Below are positions 24,995-37,941 of a DNA stretch of 64,000 nucleotides, in pieces (the first letter of the stretch is position 1; every line of letters starts with the position of its first letter). The stretch is from Octopus sinensis (lineage: Eukaryota): positions 19,592,001-19,656,000 of the forward strand of contig NC_043001.1 of the NCBI RefSeq assembly GCF_006345805.1, given 5' to 3'. The notes beneath the pieces are model-generated. The model was not told where the DNA came from. It saw only the letters and a program-made list of their open reading frames with translations, and searched no databases. The position numbers were made by a program, and so were the translations under genes.

Positions 24995-25868
24995 ATTTCT
25001 TTATTGGCCACACAGGGCTGAACACACGGGGGACAAAATACAAAGTAGAGCTTTTCTTTCTGGAAAGAGAAGGAAAAGAAAAAAAGGAAAGGCGGGGGTA
25101 GAAATTCGATCAAAAAGGATCGTTAAAAAAAAAAGAAACTGATCAATAGGGATCGTGTATCACAGAAATGTCATAGTGTAAAAAGGGGAAATAGATTAGG
25201 TTTATCCGTGGAAAGAAATGCCTACGGAAAAGACCACGATAACCTCGGGCAATAATGCCATGCAAAAAAACGCATTACAGTAAATGACTCTCTTTTTTCC
25301 TTTTTTTTTTTTTTTGGTTCATAGGATTATGCTCAAGGTGGTTTCGTCAATCACACGCGCCATCCTTGCTACATTCACCCATCTGTTTTTTGAAACATTC
25401 ACTAGAGAGGAAAGTGTTTGTCCCAAGACCTTTCAGACGCGTCCAGCATACACATTCTTTAGCCATTGCCACAAGTACGATGAAAATGGCTCTTCCTTCC
25501 CGTTTCAAGGAAGGAGGCACGACAATATTCACGATAGACTCGGTTGATAAACTGAATCGTCCCACACACGATAGCAGTCGTTCGACATAGGCCCACAGGT
25601 CGGAAATGGTTGGACACTGTACGAGTGCGTGCAGAACGGTTTCGTCGCTCTGACCGCATCTCGGGCAGATCGGCCCCGTGTTTCTCGAGCCATGCCTGTA
25701 GAGCTTATCCCGAACGGGTAGCGCTTCTCTACAACACTGCCAGGCCAGGGATCTCTAGAAGTTGTCCATAGGTCCCAGCCCGAAGTCGTCTTGAACAGGC
25801 GGGTCAGGTATTCCTCGTCGACGCCCAGGTTCGCCTCGAGATCGTCGTCGTATCTCCCCTCCACTAAT
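24995..25868 (-). mobile_element. L1/Tx1-clade LINE 3' fragment
   Basis: CPRCGQSDETVLHALVQC (CCHC zinc knuckle) ..LVAMAKECVCWTRLKGL, then AATAAA and an (ATGT)n tail. Confidence 0.75.
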
Positions 25869-25894
25869 CCCCTATAGAATGCTTTGGTTGTGTT

Positions 25895-25965
<71 letters not shown>

Positions 25966-25974
25966 CCTATTTAC

Positions 25975-26219
25975 GGAGATGTACTTGCATAGCAACTGAC
26001 TTGATCTGAGATCGTGTGCTGAAACGAAAGCAATTGGCGCGTGGAAGATGTTTATAAGCCATTTAAGAACACACAAAAAACCCGTTAGATTCACTTCAAC
26101 ATTTAAATTTAATTTAAATATTGAAGTGAATCTAACGGGTTTTTTTTTTTTTTTTTTTTGTTCTTTATGTTTTTGTGCATTCTTAAATTGGTTATAAACA
26201 CCTTCCACGCTGCAACCGT
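25975..26219. mobile_element. Foldback MITE fragment (GGAGATGTACTTGC end)
   Basis: Central palindrome ccgttagattcacttcaacatttaaatt/aatttaaatattgaagtgaatctaacgg. A reverse-oriented arm occurs at about 55545-55692 and a remnant at about 59590-59635. Confidence 0.6.
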
Positions 26220-26930
26220 TTATATGTATATATATAAGTAAAACCTTCAGTCGTGGCTTTGGTTAAGAATTTGCTTAACAACCACATGGTTTTAAGTTCA
26301 ATCTCAGTGCATGGCAAGTGTCATCTGCAATAACAGTCCTGACTAGTGCCCTGAAAGTGAATTTGGTTGACGAAAACTCTGCGGAAGTTCGTCAAATGAG
26401 TGTGGAGGCATCTTTGTGTTTATTTCTTACCGGATGACATCCGGTGTTGGTTTGCTTTCGCCCCTGTGAGTCTTGATCGACTAAACTCTTCGGTGTGATG
26501 CCCCAGCATGGCAACATTCCAGCGACTAAAACAACAAAGACAATAAAATCTGTAAATGTTGACCGAACAGAATGTAGTGTCTCAAGGTAAAACTAATTAT
26601 TTATTCTCTTACCCGAGACGAAACAGGTAAATGGGTGAGGAGGAAAAAACGCGATGGCAGATAAATGTTCTCAATAGAATGACGCCAGTCAAAACTTTAA
26701 TGACATACGTGTCGGGTCATATAGGGTTTTAACTACTGTTTGTTCATATGACCACTTACATTCAGAAATCTCAAATGCAGGTTAAAACTGCCTTTGAAAT
26801 TACTTATCACCTTAAGTATACCTAATCACATGTAAATACTCGAAAAATATGCACAAATATTTACAATTCAATGACATATTTATTATATATGGTATTCACA
26901 ATATTCAACATTCAAATATTTAATATTCAT

Positions 26931-27360
26931 AAGGCGGCGAGCTGGCAGAAACGTTAGCACGCCAGGCGAAATGCTGAACAGTATTTCGTCTGCCGTTACG
27001 TTCTGAGTTCAAATTCCGCCGAGGTCGACTTAGCCTTTCATCTTTTCGGGGTCGATTAAATAAGTACCAGTTACGAACTGGGAGTCGATATAATCGACTA
27101 AATCCCTTTGTCTGTCCTTGTTTGTCCCCTCTATGTTTAGCCCCTTGTGGGCAATAAAGAAATAAGAAACGTTAGCACGCCGGGCGAAATGCTTAGCGGT
27201 ATTTCGTCTGCCGCTACGTTCTAAGTTCAAATTCCGCCGAGGTCGACTTTGCCTTTCATCCTTTCGGGGTCGATAAATTAAGTACCAGTTACGCACTGGA
27301 GTCGACTTAATCCCTTTGCCTGTCCTTGTCTGTCCTCTACGTTTAGCCCCTTGTGGTCAA
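26931..27360 (+). mobile_element. SINE-A tandem dimer
   Basis: Two co-linear units. Confidence 0.8.
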
Positions 27361-27361
27361 T

Positions 27362-27736
27362 GGATGGAAGCACTCCGTTGGTTACGACGATGAGGGTTCC
27401 GGTTGATCCGAATCAACGGAACAGCCTGCTCGTGAAATAAACGTGTAAGTGGCTGAGCACTCCACAAACACGTGCACCTTTAACGTAGTTCTCGGGGATA
27501 TTCAGCGTGACACAGAGAGTGACAAGGCCGGCCCCTTGAAATACAGGAAGTAAGAGTGAGAGAAAGTTGTGGTGAAAGAGTACAGCAGGGATCACCACCA
27601 TCCCCTGCCGGAGCCTCGTGGAGCTTTTTAGGTGTTTTCGCTCAATAAACACTCACAACGCCCGGTCTGGGAATCGAAACCACGATCCTATGACCGCGAG
27701 TCCGCTGCCCTAACCACTGGGCCATTGCGCCTCCAC
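27362..27736 (-). mobile_element. SINE-C nested in the SINE-A tail
   Basis: Flanking duplication CCTTGTGG. Confidence 0.8.
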
Positions 27737-27958
27737 CCTTGTGGGCAATAAAGAAATGATAAATATTAAATATTCATAGTATCAGATTATACCTTCCTAA
27801 ACCACCAACATTTTCACATCTTTCTGAAATGTAAGGTCTTTATACACTGGTAGACCGAAAACACTTCCTAAAAATCCCTTCACTACAAGATTGATGTTAC
27901 TGTTTCGTTTATTATTCCACATCATCATCATGAGTGTCAATCAATACTACAAGTAGGT

Positions 27959-28341
27959 GAAGGCTCAATGGCCCAGTGGTTAGGGCAGCGGACTCGCGGT
28001 CGTAGGATCGCGGCTTCGATTCCCAGACAGGGCGTTGTGAGTGTTTATTGAGCGGAAACACCTAAAAGCTCCACGAGGCTCCGGCAGGGGATGGTGGTGA
28101 TCCCTGCTGTACTCTTTCACCACAACTTTCTCTCACTCTTTCTTCCTGTTTCTGTTGTACCTGTATTTTCAAAGGGCCGACCTTGTCACTCTCTGTGTCA
28201 CGCTGAATATCCATGAGAACTACGTTAAGGGTACACGTGTCTGTGGAGTGCTCAGCCACTTAGACGTTAATTTCACGAGCAGGCTGTTCCGTTGATCGGA
28301 TCAACCGAACCCTCGTCGTCGTAACCGACGGAGTGCTTCCA
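27959..28341 (+). mobile_element. SINE-C
   Basis: 15-bp TSD ATACTACAAGTAGGT. Confidence 0.85.
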
Positions 28342-28631
28342 TATATATACTACAAGTAGGTACCACTGCCAAAATTGAGTAGTCTTTACTCTCATCGTTA
28401 TTCTTACTTGGTTCAAGTGAAACGTTTCAAATTTAAGCCTGATTTGGTCTGCATGAGCCAAAGTTCAAAACCCCTTCCTAGTAATGATGACAATATTGTT
28501 TCTAGCTAACATCAACAAGTTGCCACTTTTAGTGTTGAATTATTCCTGTTATACTACATCAGGTGATTTATGGCTTAGAACATTGTCAAGAATGTACGGA
28601 CCTGGCACCTCATCCAGGCAGAAGTACTTTC

Positions 28632-29079
28632 GGATCTTTTCGGTTTGACCGGCAGTTTTTTCTAGCGGTGTCATATGAAATTGTCACCCATAATTATGAC
28701 CCTAGTATCGATCTATTGCATTTCAATCTGTTTTAGGGTTAGGGTTAGTTAGGGTTAGGGTTAGTTAGGGTTAGGGGTGGGGGGAAGGGTATCTTTTTTC
28801 TTCGGAAATGTAAATAAACCCAATCTGTTTCTTAAACGATGGGACATATTCATACGGCACAGAATGTTTTCACCTCAATAGACGTCATTGATTGGTTGAA
28901 ATTGCAGAAATTGAAGAAGAAAAAAAACAACAAATATCTTACAAACTATAGAATTTTCTCAATAAAGCTAAGAGAAAAAGATGTTTTATAAACACATTCT
29001 ACCAGTATACGAAGTTGAAAAGTGTTTAGTTACATGGAAATTATTTTTAAAAAAACTGCCGGTCAAACCGAAAAGATCC
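28632..29079. mobile_element. hAT-type MITE (TIR GGATCTTTTCGGTTTGAmCGGCAGTTTTT)
   Basis: About 29-bp TIRs, perfect 8-bp TSD GTACTTTC, internal (TTAGGG)n block. Confidence 0.85.
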
Positions 29080-29530
29080 GTACTTTCTAATCTATCCACA
29101 ATGACAAATCGTAAAATAATTAAGCAACAGAAAGAAGTAAAAACAATCCAAACTTCTCTCTCTGAGGAAAGGATTCTTCAATTGCATTTTAATTACCTAA
29201 ATCATTTCTCCTTCAATCTCATTTGATTTTACATGATATGGCAGTGTTTTGTACAGAATGCTGCCAATTTTCTATAACCACGAACACAGATATCCGTCAG
29301 GATATTCGGAAAAATTATCCAACGCTAAAACTTATGGTACATCATTACGAGAGAAAATTACTCACTCATAACAGGGTAGTTTGTTCTCTTCCCATCTGGA
29401 AAGGAATCCACAATGACAAGCATTAATCCGATACTATTAACACAAGCATAATCCATATCTTCAGGGATCTAATTCTATGAGACTTAAATGAAACCTCTTC
29501 TTTCGAACATTCTTTATTATTACTCATTCA

Positions 29531-29914
29531 AATTCCGCTGAGGTCGACTTTGCCTTTCATCCTTTCGAGGTTAATTAAATAAGTACCAGTTACGCACAGG
29601 GGTCGATATAATCGACTTAATCCGTTTGTCTGTCCTTGTTTGTCTTCTCTGTGTTTAGCCCCTTGTGGGTAGTTAAGAAATAGGTATTTCGTCCGCCGCT
29701 ACGTTCTGAGTTCAAATTCCGCCGAGGTCTACTTTGCCTTTCATCCTTTCGGGGTCGATTAAATAAGTACCAGTTACGCACTGGAGTCGATATAATCGTC
29801 TTAATCCGTTTGTCTGTTCTTGTTTGTCCTCTCTGTGTTTAGCCCCTTGTGGGTAGTAAAGAAATAGGTATTTCGTCTGCCGTTACGCTCTGAGTTCAAA
29901 TTCCGCTGAGTTCG
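29531..29914 (+). mobile_element. SINE-A multimer lacking head and tail
   Basis: Two full tandem units plus a partial one, flanked by 167-bp direct repeats. Confidence 0.8.
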
Positions 29915-30446
29915 ACTCATAACAGGGTAGTTTGTTCTCTTCCCATCTGGAAAGGAATCCACAATGACAAGCATCAATCCGATACGATTAACACAAGCAT
30001 AATCCATATCTTCAGGGATCTAATTCTATGAGACTTAAATGAAACCTCTTCATTCGAACATTCTTTATCATTTCTCATTCAGAATAAAGAGCCAGGTGGA
30101 CATATTGGAATTTCTTTATCTCTGCATATTCATCTATGGTCTTCAACATCGCATGAAAAGCCAGGCCAACATCTTTCAAGCTTCAGGCAATTGCGCGTCG
30201 CATTGATTCCACAATATGTCATAATGAACACTTTTTTTTCTTTTTTGCTTCTTGCATAACCATAACATCGCCGTTTCAAAGGATGATGCTTTCACGCTTA
30301 ACCTATATTTAACATCTTGCTAGAGTTTTTCGACGTTGGAGCAGGTATTCCAGACATACATTTTTATTCTGATATCCTCACTGTTTGAGAGACATATTAG
30401 GAATAATCTCGTTTGAGATTACAACCATCTTTGGCTAGTTTGACCC

Positions 30447-30968
30447 TGTTGTGTCCATTGCTCTGATTGGTTGGCATTTGGCGCAGCTTGTCTTTGGACT
30501 TATTTCGCGCCAGTGTGTAGGCCAACCAATCACAGCCTTTGGATAAGGTCTCGTGACACTGTTTTTCTGATCCTTCATTTGAGTCACCTAAACACTATAA
30601 AAAGCCCAGCATTCGTTATTCCAAGTCTTTGGCTCTAGACTTTCTATGGTCTAGTCACTGACCACAGTTCTACTCAGTCATGTTTCAGTTCCAACGACAG
30701 ACGACCAGCCATGACGTCACTAACTTACACCAGCGACAAACAGGACGTTCTCCATCTCCGCCGCCGTCGTCTCCGTCGACTTCAACATCATGTACACATC
30801 AACATCGTCCAGGTCTAAACTCCACGCTGTTTGTGAATATTTCACCGAGGTAAAACAGTTACAGTCTACCTGAAAGAACTTTCTGTATCAAGAGACTCGG
30901 TACGACATTGAAGCCACAACCGCTGCACGACATGTGCCCAACCGGCCTCTGCCTCGTGACCTCCAACA
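30447..30968 (+). mobile_element. Putative solo LTR / terminal repeat carrying Pol II promoter motifs
   Basis: TGTTG...CAACA ends; inverted CCAAT boxes (30464-30475, 30521-30532), TGAGTCA at 30580, TATAAAAA at 30596, CpG-rich downstream. No clean TSD found. Confidence 0.45.
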
Positions 30969-31413
30969 TCTTGTTCAGATCATATTATAGTCAACTTTGC
31001 TTTTTATCTTTTTATTTTTCTTGGTAGTAGTGGATCAATGAAAAAAGTACCAATCCAGGGTAATGGATTAGAAGAATTATTTAAGGGTCAAGCAAGATGC
31101 CTTGGGGTATCTGTTCTGGTTCTTTGTATTTTGATAACAATTCTTGCAATAACACTAATGCCAAGCTATGTTGGTCCAAATCAGCAACCTTCTTTTAGAT
31201 AAATATTAATGGTACGTAAAGGGGAGATGCACATGCATGGGAATCTGCCAGTCTTCTTTAAAAAACTTTTGCCCAGGCCTGCACATACATCATTTGACTG
31301 ATAGAATACTTATGTATATGAGTGTGTTAGGGACAGTGTGTGTGTGTATGTGTATTCATACGTATATATGTATGTGTATATTCATACGTGTATATGTATG
31401 TGTATATTTATAC

Positions 31414-31448
<35 letters not shown>

Positions 31449-31594
31449 CAGAACAACATGAAATGAAGTGCTTTGCTCAAGAACACAATGCAACACCTAG
31501 TCTGGGAATCGAACCCACGATCTCGCAATCCTGAGTGCAACACCCTGACCACTAAGCATTGTGCCTTCACACACACTGGCCGGTGGCACATAGC

Positions 31595-31879
31595 ATCATC
31601 CGTTTGTGGCCGTTGCTAGCCTCACCTGGCCCCCGTGCCGGTGGCACATAAAAGCACCATCCGTTCGTGGCCGTTTGCCAGCTCCGTCTGGCACCTGTGT
31701 GGGTGGCACGTAAAAAGCACCCACTACACTCACGGAGTGGTTGGCGTTAGGAAGGGCATCCAGCCGTAGAAACACTGCCAGATCAGACTGGGCCTGATGC
31801 AGCCTTCTGGCTTCACAGACCCCAGTTGAACCGTCCAACCCATGCTAGCATGGAAAGCGGACGCTAAATGATGATGATG

Positions 31880-31880
<1 letters not shown>
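31595..31880 (+). mobile_element. SINE-D
   Basis: Conserved 3' block plus (ATG)n; degenerate copies follow to about 32300. Confidence 0.75.
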
Positions 31881-31929
<49 letters not shown>

Positions 31930-34900
31930 ACACAGGGTGGTTGGTATTAGGAAGGGTATCCAGCCATAAAAACCGTGCCAAAACAGACAGGCTTTTGCCT
32001 GGCCAGTTCCTGTCAAACCATCCAACCCATTGAAGGAGGACATTAAATGATGACAATGATCACACACACACACATAAACACATTTTTAATCATCATCATT
32101 TACTATCCATGTTCCATGCTGACATGGATTATATGATTCAACAGGATCTGATTACCTTGAGAGTTGTGTTGGTTTCCAGTGTCTGCTTTGACAAAATTTC
32201 TACAGCTGGATGCTTTTCCAAACAGCAACCACTTTAAAGAGCATGGTAGGTGCTTTTTTTCATGGCACCAGCACTAGTGGGGTTGCCAAGTAACTTGCAA
32301 GATGATATCCCTTCACAGGGTTGGGGTGTAGTACTTTTGTTGTTGTTGGTAAGCAACAAGATGGGTAAGGGTGATTAGGTGATGGTCTAGGGCTTAGGTG
32401 GGAAGACCCCAGACCTTGGAAAAAAAAAATTTTTGGTTGTCTTGTTGTAGTCGAGGGCTCTTTGTTGACGCCCGACACCACTGGGAGGTGGCCCTCGAAG
32501 TTGCTGGAAATGGAGATCTCCAGGTCCAAATTCTTGAACGGCAGGGTGTAGTAATGAGGAAGGTGGCTTTGTGTCAGAAGCAGAAAGGCTAAAGTATAAA
32601 AAAGGGACATAAAAAAGGGATGTCTTGCTGTAGAGGAAATACATGGGTATCCTAACAAGAAAGAGGGAAAGGCTGATAGACACACACACAGTCTAAAATT
32701 ATTAGGATTTGGGCCAATAAAGTTAAGGGAAAACCATGGGTACTAAGTAGTGTAAAATTAAAAACAAAAGTATTAGCTTTTGCTAGAAACCAACGCTAAG
32801 ACAATTACAGTTTAAAGTACTTTAATGAAACCATAACAATTACAAACTACAGTTGGAACTTCAAATGATAAACAAATTTAAAATCAATAGAAAAGATGTA
32901 CACTTATGATTATTGTGCCAATTGGACTGATACACAAAGGCTTTATTTTCTGTTTTTTTTGTTCATGAGGCAGCACTTCAACATATTTAATTCATCATCA
33001 TTCTCATCTTTATCACCATGATTGTTCTGTATTATGAAAACCTGTAGCTGCTTTTGGGTTTCTTTATAACATAGATAAAGAATGCTTACTTCTTCTGAGT
33101 AAGCACAAGGCCAATTTTTCCCGAACAGTTGAATCTCTGATTAAAATCACTACCTGCATATTATTCTTATATATTTTATCTAGCCCTGAGGAATAATAAA
33201 CATATAAAGTGTATACAAGAGCACATAGGGACAAAAGCAAATACTAAAATGGATTTATTTTGGTGATCTATGATTTCTGACATCACTCTAGTTTTAATAT
33301 ACGTAATAATTGATGTGCATTGATGTTTTTTTTATTTTCTTTTTTTAAATTACCCAAATTACATGAAACATGGAGTTGATGCCAACTCATAAAATATGGA
33401 TTTATTTAAAGTGGAATAGATAGTTTGGAAAATAAATAAATCATAATTTTCCAGCTTCCAAGAATAAAAGATATATAAATTTATATAAATATAGATAAAA
33501 TTTAGATTTAATCAGCTTTGAAGCGGTTTCCTATTTGAGGACTAGTTTCAGAAGGCCTTGAATATCAGAACTGTTTCGTCAGATGTTGAAGATCCTTGTT
33601 TATTCTTGTAAACAAAGACTGGATGAAGAACAGTTTAACAGCAGCGTGTTGGATACAAAGAAAATATCAGTTATATACATGAGTTTCATAAAATCTCAGT
33701 GAAGAGTAAAGACCAGCCGCAGCAGCTTAGCACCAATTTTGATGTGGATCAGTAAACTGTAAGCTTACGTCAACAGTTGATTACAAACACCGTATTTAAG
33801 TACAATTCACATTTATAATGTTCCTGTAATTATGGCAATGAAAATTCATCTCTCATGTATGATACAGAGTTTTTCTTTAGCATCATTTCAGGCTATCAGA
33901 TATGGAGGCTGTAACGGCAGGATGGCACAATGTATGTAAAAAAAGGTGTGTTTAATCAGCAATATTATAATTGCTGAATGAAATCCTATTTGTATCAATA
34001 CCAACTAAAACTATTACAATGGAAAACTTCATCCTAAATGAAATGAAAAGCAAATTCAAAAGCGACTTACTAGTTTTGTCAGTGTAGACCATAAAAATGA
34101 CTTTATTGTAAAATCAGCATTGAGGAAATCACACTATTGATTGATTGATTGATTCTAGTTTCAGCTCATGAGCTGTGGCCATGCTGGGGCACCGCCATTT
34201 GGTGTTGCTAGGTGCATGAGAGAGTTCGATGCAGCTGCCCTCTATGTCGGTTTTTCAGTTTTTATTTTTCTAGAAAATTCATTTGGTTTTCATAATTGTG
34301 GTGTACTTAACCACAGAGTTAAACCTTGCAGAAAATTTGCATCCCTAATCTTTAGATTTTTAAATGACTATTTCTTTATTATTTATTATTCACGCCAAAA
34401 TGATCTGTTTATAAGATAAATGCGACTTTCAAAAATATCCATTTAAGCTATTCTTTCAGCTTCATCCTAAAGTTTAACAGGTACCAAGCAATATTAATTA
34501 CAAGAACATATTTTATTGGGTTTTTTTTTTTTTACAAACAAAAAGTTACATTTTATACCCCACTCAGAATACCAGACACATAAAACTTTTGATAGAAGTA
34601 AAATGTAACATCTCCAAGTGAAAGCAAAAAATATAACTAAGTAAATAATATTTTTAATCAAGTCTGAAGAGGTTAGATTTCAAATGTTAAGTAGTCTAAC
34701 TAAAAAAACGATTTTAAAAAGCAAATTACTATTCTACTTTTAGAATTCATCAAAATTAGAGTGAAATTTGTTTAAATAACACTATTTAAGATGAGAAACA
34801 TCAGAATACAAAAAAAAAAAAATGCAAGAAAGAGAAATGAAAATGGTTTAAGAAATTAGTGTTGCATGAGTTGAGTTGTTAAGCTTAAGATTTTTAACCT

Positions 34901-35040
34901 AGAAGAAAACAGATTATTATTTAATCAAATGGAACAAGCGAAAAAAATTATGTAAATAACAAACTTTATAAAAAAAAAAAAGGGAGGGAGTCATTAGCAA
35001 GAAATTTATGTAAAAAATAGAGTTTGTAATGTGAATAATG

Positions 35041-35258
35041 CTAAAGATCATAGCTTAGGTACTGTCCAATGATGGCAATAAATACAAGGAAAACTGTACT
35101 GTACAGGCTTGATCCACTATTGCATTTATCTTTGTCTGTGCAGTAACAATAAAACATTTTTATATCATCAGTGCCAACTTTATAGTCGCATTTGCCGACT
35201 ACACCATCTTCTGCACACTGTCTGATGTATCGTGTTTCCCATTCCTCCTTGACTTTGA
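35041..35258 (-). CDS. Gene B terminal coding exon: (I)KVKEEWETRYIRQCAEDGVVGKCDYKVGTDDIKMFYCYCTDKDKCNSGSSLYSTVFLVFIAIIGQYLSYDL*
   Basis: Acceptor tgtatttttcag|, in frame with the 37810 exon. Completes a 10-Cys LU domain ending in CN, followed by small residues (SGSS) and a hydrophobic tail typical of a GPI signal. TAG at 35043-35041. Confidence 0.9.
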
Positions 35259-35407
35259 CTGAAAAATACAAAGAATAATTTGATAAGATTAATCTAAAGT
35301 TTCATGAACAAAATCCTCATCATCATTTAACATCCACTTTTCCATGCTCACATGGGTTGAACATACTTTGCTTCAGTAGATTCTCCTATAGCTAGATCCC
35401 CTTTGGC

Positions 35408-36024
35408 TATCTATCTGCAGCTTTATATAGCTATGGTGCGACCTCACCTGGAATTTGCATCACCAGTCTGGAACCCCTATCTTGCCCACGATATTAATCA
35501 TCTGGAAGCCGTTCAGCGACGTGCAACCAAGAGAATACCCTCCATCAGGCATTTGCCATATTCTGAACGCCATACTTCCCTGGGCATGGATACTTTGAAA
35601 CTCCAACTTCTGGCAGCTGACTTAGAAGACACCCATAAAATTATCAACCATCTTACAAACAATAACTCTGAGCACCTTTTCAAACTCCACCCATCTAACA
35701 CCCGTGGACATGTTTACAAAGTCAGAAAACAGCACAGCTCCCTTGACTTTCGGAAACATTTTTTCACGCTAAGAGTTGATGAAGCATGGAACAAACTGCC
35801 GACATCAGTTTTTAGTTATCGGAGCACTGCATCCTTCAAAACTTCCATGCTTCCTGAGATTCGCCAACACCTGATTTTCCCCCCTCCATACACACACAAG
35901 CATGTATCTGACTCATACACTGTTCACTTTCCAGACATTTGTACATTACTGTATATGCTTTATACACACTTTTGACAAGTTGTGGTGCACCTGAGCACTG
36001 TATACAATAATTTCATTATTATTA
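35408..36024 (+). mobile_element. CR1-clade LINE 3' fragment in gene B intron (antisense)
   Basis: VRPHLEFASPVWNP..LEAVQRRATK..TRGH..RKHFFTLRV..WNKLP, then a 3' UTR ending (ATT)n. Confidence 0.85.
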
Positions 36025-36171
36025 TATTATCACCAGCCCATGACCATTTCCCATATGACCAGACATGTTTTCATGGGAGATTGGAAATGAAGGACATATG
36101 ATGCTGGACACTGGTTTTCAACTATCACATGGAACCAAGGCAAGAAGATACTAACAAACATGCACACACAA

Positions 36172-36500
36172 TAGGCGCAGGAGTGGCTGTGTAGGAAGTA
36201 GCTTGCTTACCAAACAATTGGTTCCGGGTTCAGTCCCACTGCGGGGCACCTTGGGCAAGAGTCTTCTACTATAGCCTCAGGCCGACCAAAGCCTTGTGAG
36301 TGGATTTGGCAGACAGAAACTGAAAGAAGCCTGTCGTATATATATATGTATATATATATATATGTGTGTCTGTGTTTGTCCCCTCGCCTCAGCATCGCTT
36401 GACAACCGATGTTGGTGTGTTTAGGTCCCCGTAACTTAGCAGTTCAGCAAAAGTGACTGATAGAATAAGTACTAGGTTTATAAAGAATAAGTCCTGTGTG
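36172..36500 (+). mobile_element. SINE-B
   Basis: Head and body match. Confidence 0.75.
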
Positions 36501-36958
36501 TGTGTGTATGCATTATAGCTTCCCATCCAGAGAGGGAGAGAGAGACACCAGAGAAACCAGATAACTGTCCTTATGCTCCTTATGGAGTAATGTGGATTAA
36601 CCAATAATGGATTCTAATGAGGTATTTCTCTGTGATGGTCCACATTAAAATAAACACAAAATTTCTGATGTATCTCAGTAACAGAGTCACTACTTTTTTT
36701 TTTTAAATGCCTTGGTCACAAAAGCTCAATGTCCACTGCATCATAGCTACTGAAATAGCATTTTGTGCTGCTCAACACCACCAAGCATGTGAGCCTTCCT
36801 GTCAACAACTGTCAACTGGCGCTTTACAACACCAACAGATTTCCCTAGATGTTTTGTGTTTGAGTTCATGTTCAAATTTACGCTAGTCTACAAAGCCGGA
36901 CTTGATTATATTGTATCTTTGTAGGTCCTATAATTTAACGGAACATATAATATAATTA

Positions 36959-37270
36959 GTGGAGGCGCAATGGCCCAGAGGTTAGGGCAGTGGACTCGTG
37001 GTCAGAGGATCGCAGTTTCGATTCCCAGACCGAGCATTGTGTGTGTTTATTGAGCAAAAATAACCTAAAGTTCCACGAGGCTCCAACAGGGGGTGATGGT
37101 GGCCCCTGTTGTACTCTTTCACTACAAATTTCTCTCACTCTCTCTTCCTGTTTCTTGAGTAACGCTGTGATGGACTGGCATCCCGTCCAGCTGGGGGGAA
37201 CACATACGCCACAGAAACCAGGAAACCGGGCCCATGAGCCTGGCTAGGCTCAAAAAGGGTGCATAAATAA
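36959..37270 (+). mobile_element. SINE-C
   Basis: Head and tail match 13571. Confidence 0.8.
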
Positions 37271-37379
37271 AAATATAATATAATATAATTAAAGGGTGAG
37301 TTAAAAGTTTTGGAGCATATAACATAATCTACTTTATTAGAATACATATTTTTAATGAGATGTAGAACAATTTTGTGGA

Positions 37380-37640
37380 ACATATATTGTGACATGTAAC
37401 ATAATTTAACAGACATAACAATTTATAATCTAATGAAGTATATAACAATATAATAGGACATATAACAATTTAATGGGACATGTAACATAATTTAATGGGA
37501 CATGTAACAATTTATAATCTAATGAAGTATATAACAATATAATAGGACATATAACAATTTAATGGGACATGTAACATAATTTAATGGTAATGTATAACAG
37601 TTTAATAGGACATATCATTTAATTTAATGGAACATACATA
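37380..37640. repeat. AT-rich minisatellite (about 20-bp AATTTAATGGGACATGTAAC core, with a 90-bp higher-order duplication)
   Basis: Repeats directly visible in the gene B intron. Confidence 0.7.
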
Positions 37641-37809
37641 GTTATCACCAAAATAAATACTATACTGAAATTAGTTAGGGGATCAATATGAGCAACGAAA
37701 TTCTTTAATGTGTTGCACCAACATGGCCAGAGTCAATGACAGAAATCAGTAAAAGAATAATAATAAATCATTGGATATTGGTTGGTAATTATAAAAATAA
37801 GATACTTAC

Positions 37810-37941
37810 TTTTCTGCACAACTTTTCTACATCCCTTGTCCGTATCAGAGCAATTCGTCACAAATTCAGAAGAATTACTTAATGATAGCCCACAGCCTTC
37901 ATTATAAAACGAGTTGCAGTTATGACATTGAAGTCCATATC
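37810..37941 (-). CDS. Gene B (Ly6/uPAR, quiver/crooked-like GPI-anchored protein), internal exon: YGLQCHNCNSFYNEGCGLSLSNSSEFVTNCSDTDKGCRKVVQK
   Basis: Acceptor tttttaaag|, donor A|gtaagt, 132 nt, phase 1-1. Contains 5 Cys and the N-glycosylation sequons NSS and NCS. Confidence 0.9.

Noticed and set aside
28733-28780. (TTAGGG)n as a real or ancestral telomere
   Set aside because: Short and internal to a MITE; the same block occurs in the other copies.
32260-32690. 141-aa and 100-aa overlapping ORFs in a GC-richer patch
   Set aside because: No recognisable domain or splice signals; adjacent to SINE-D fragments and most likely decayed repeat.
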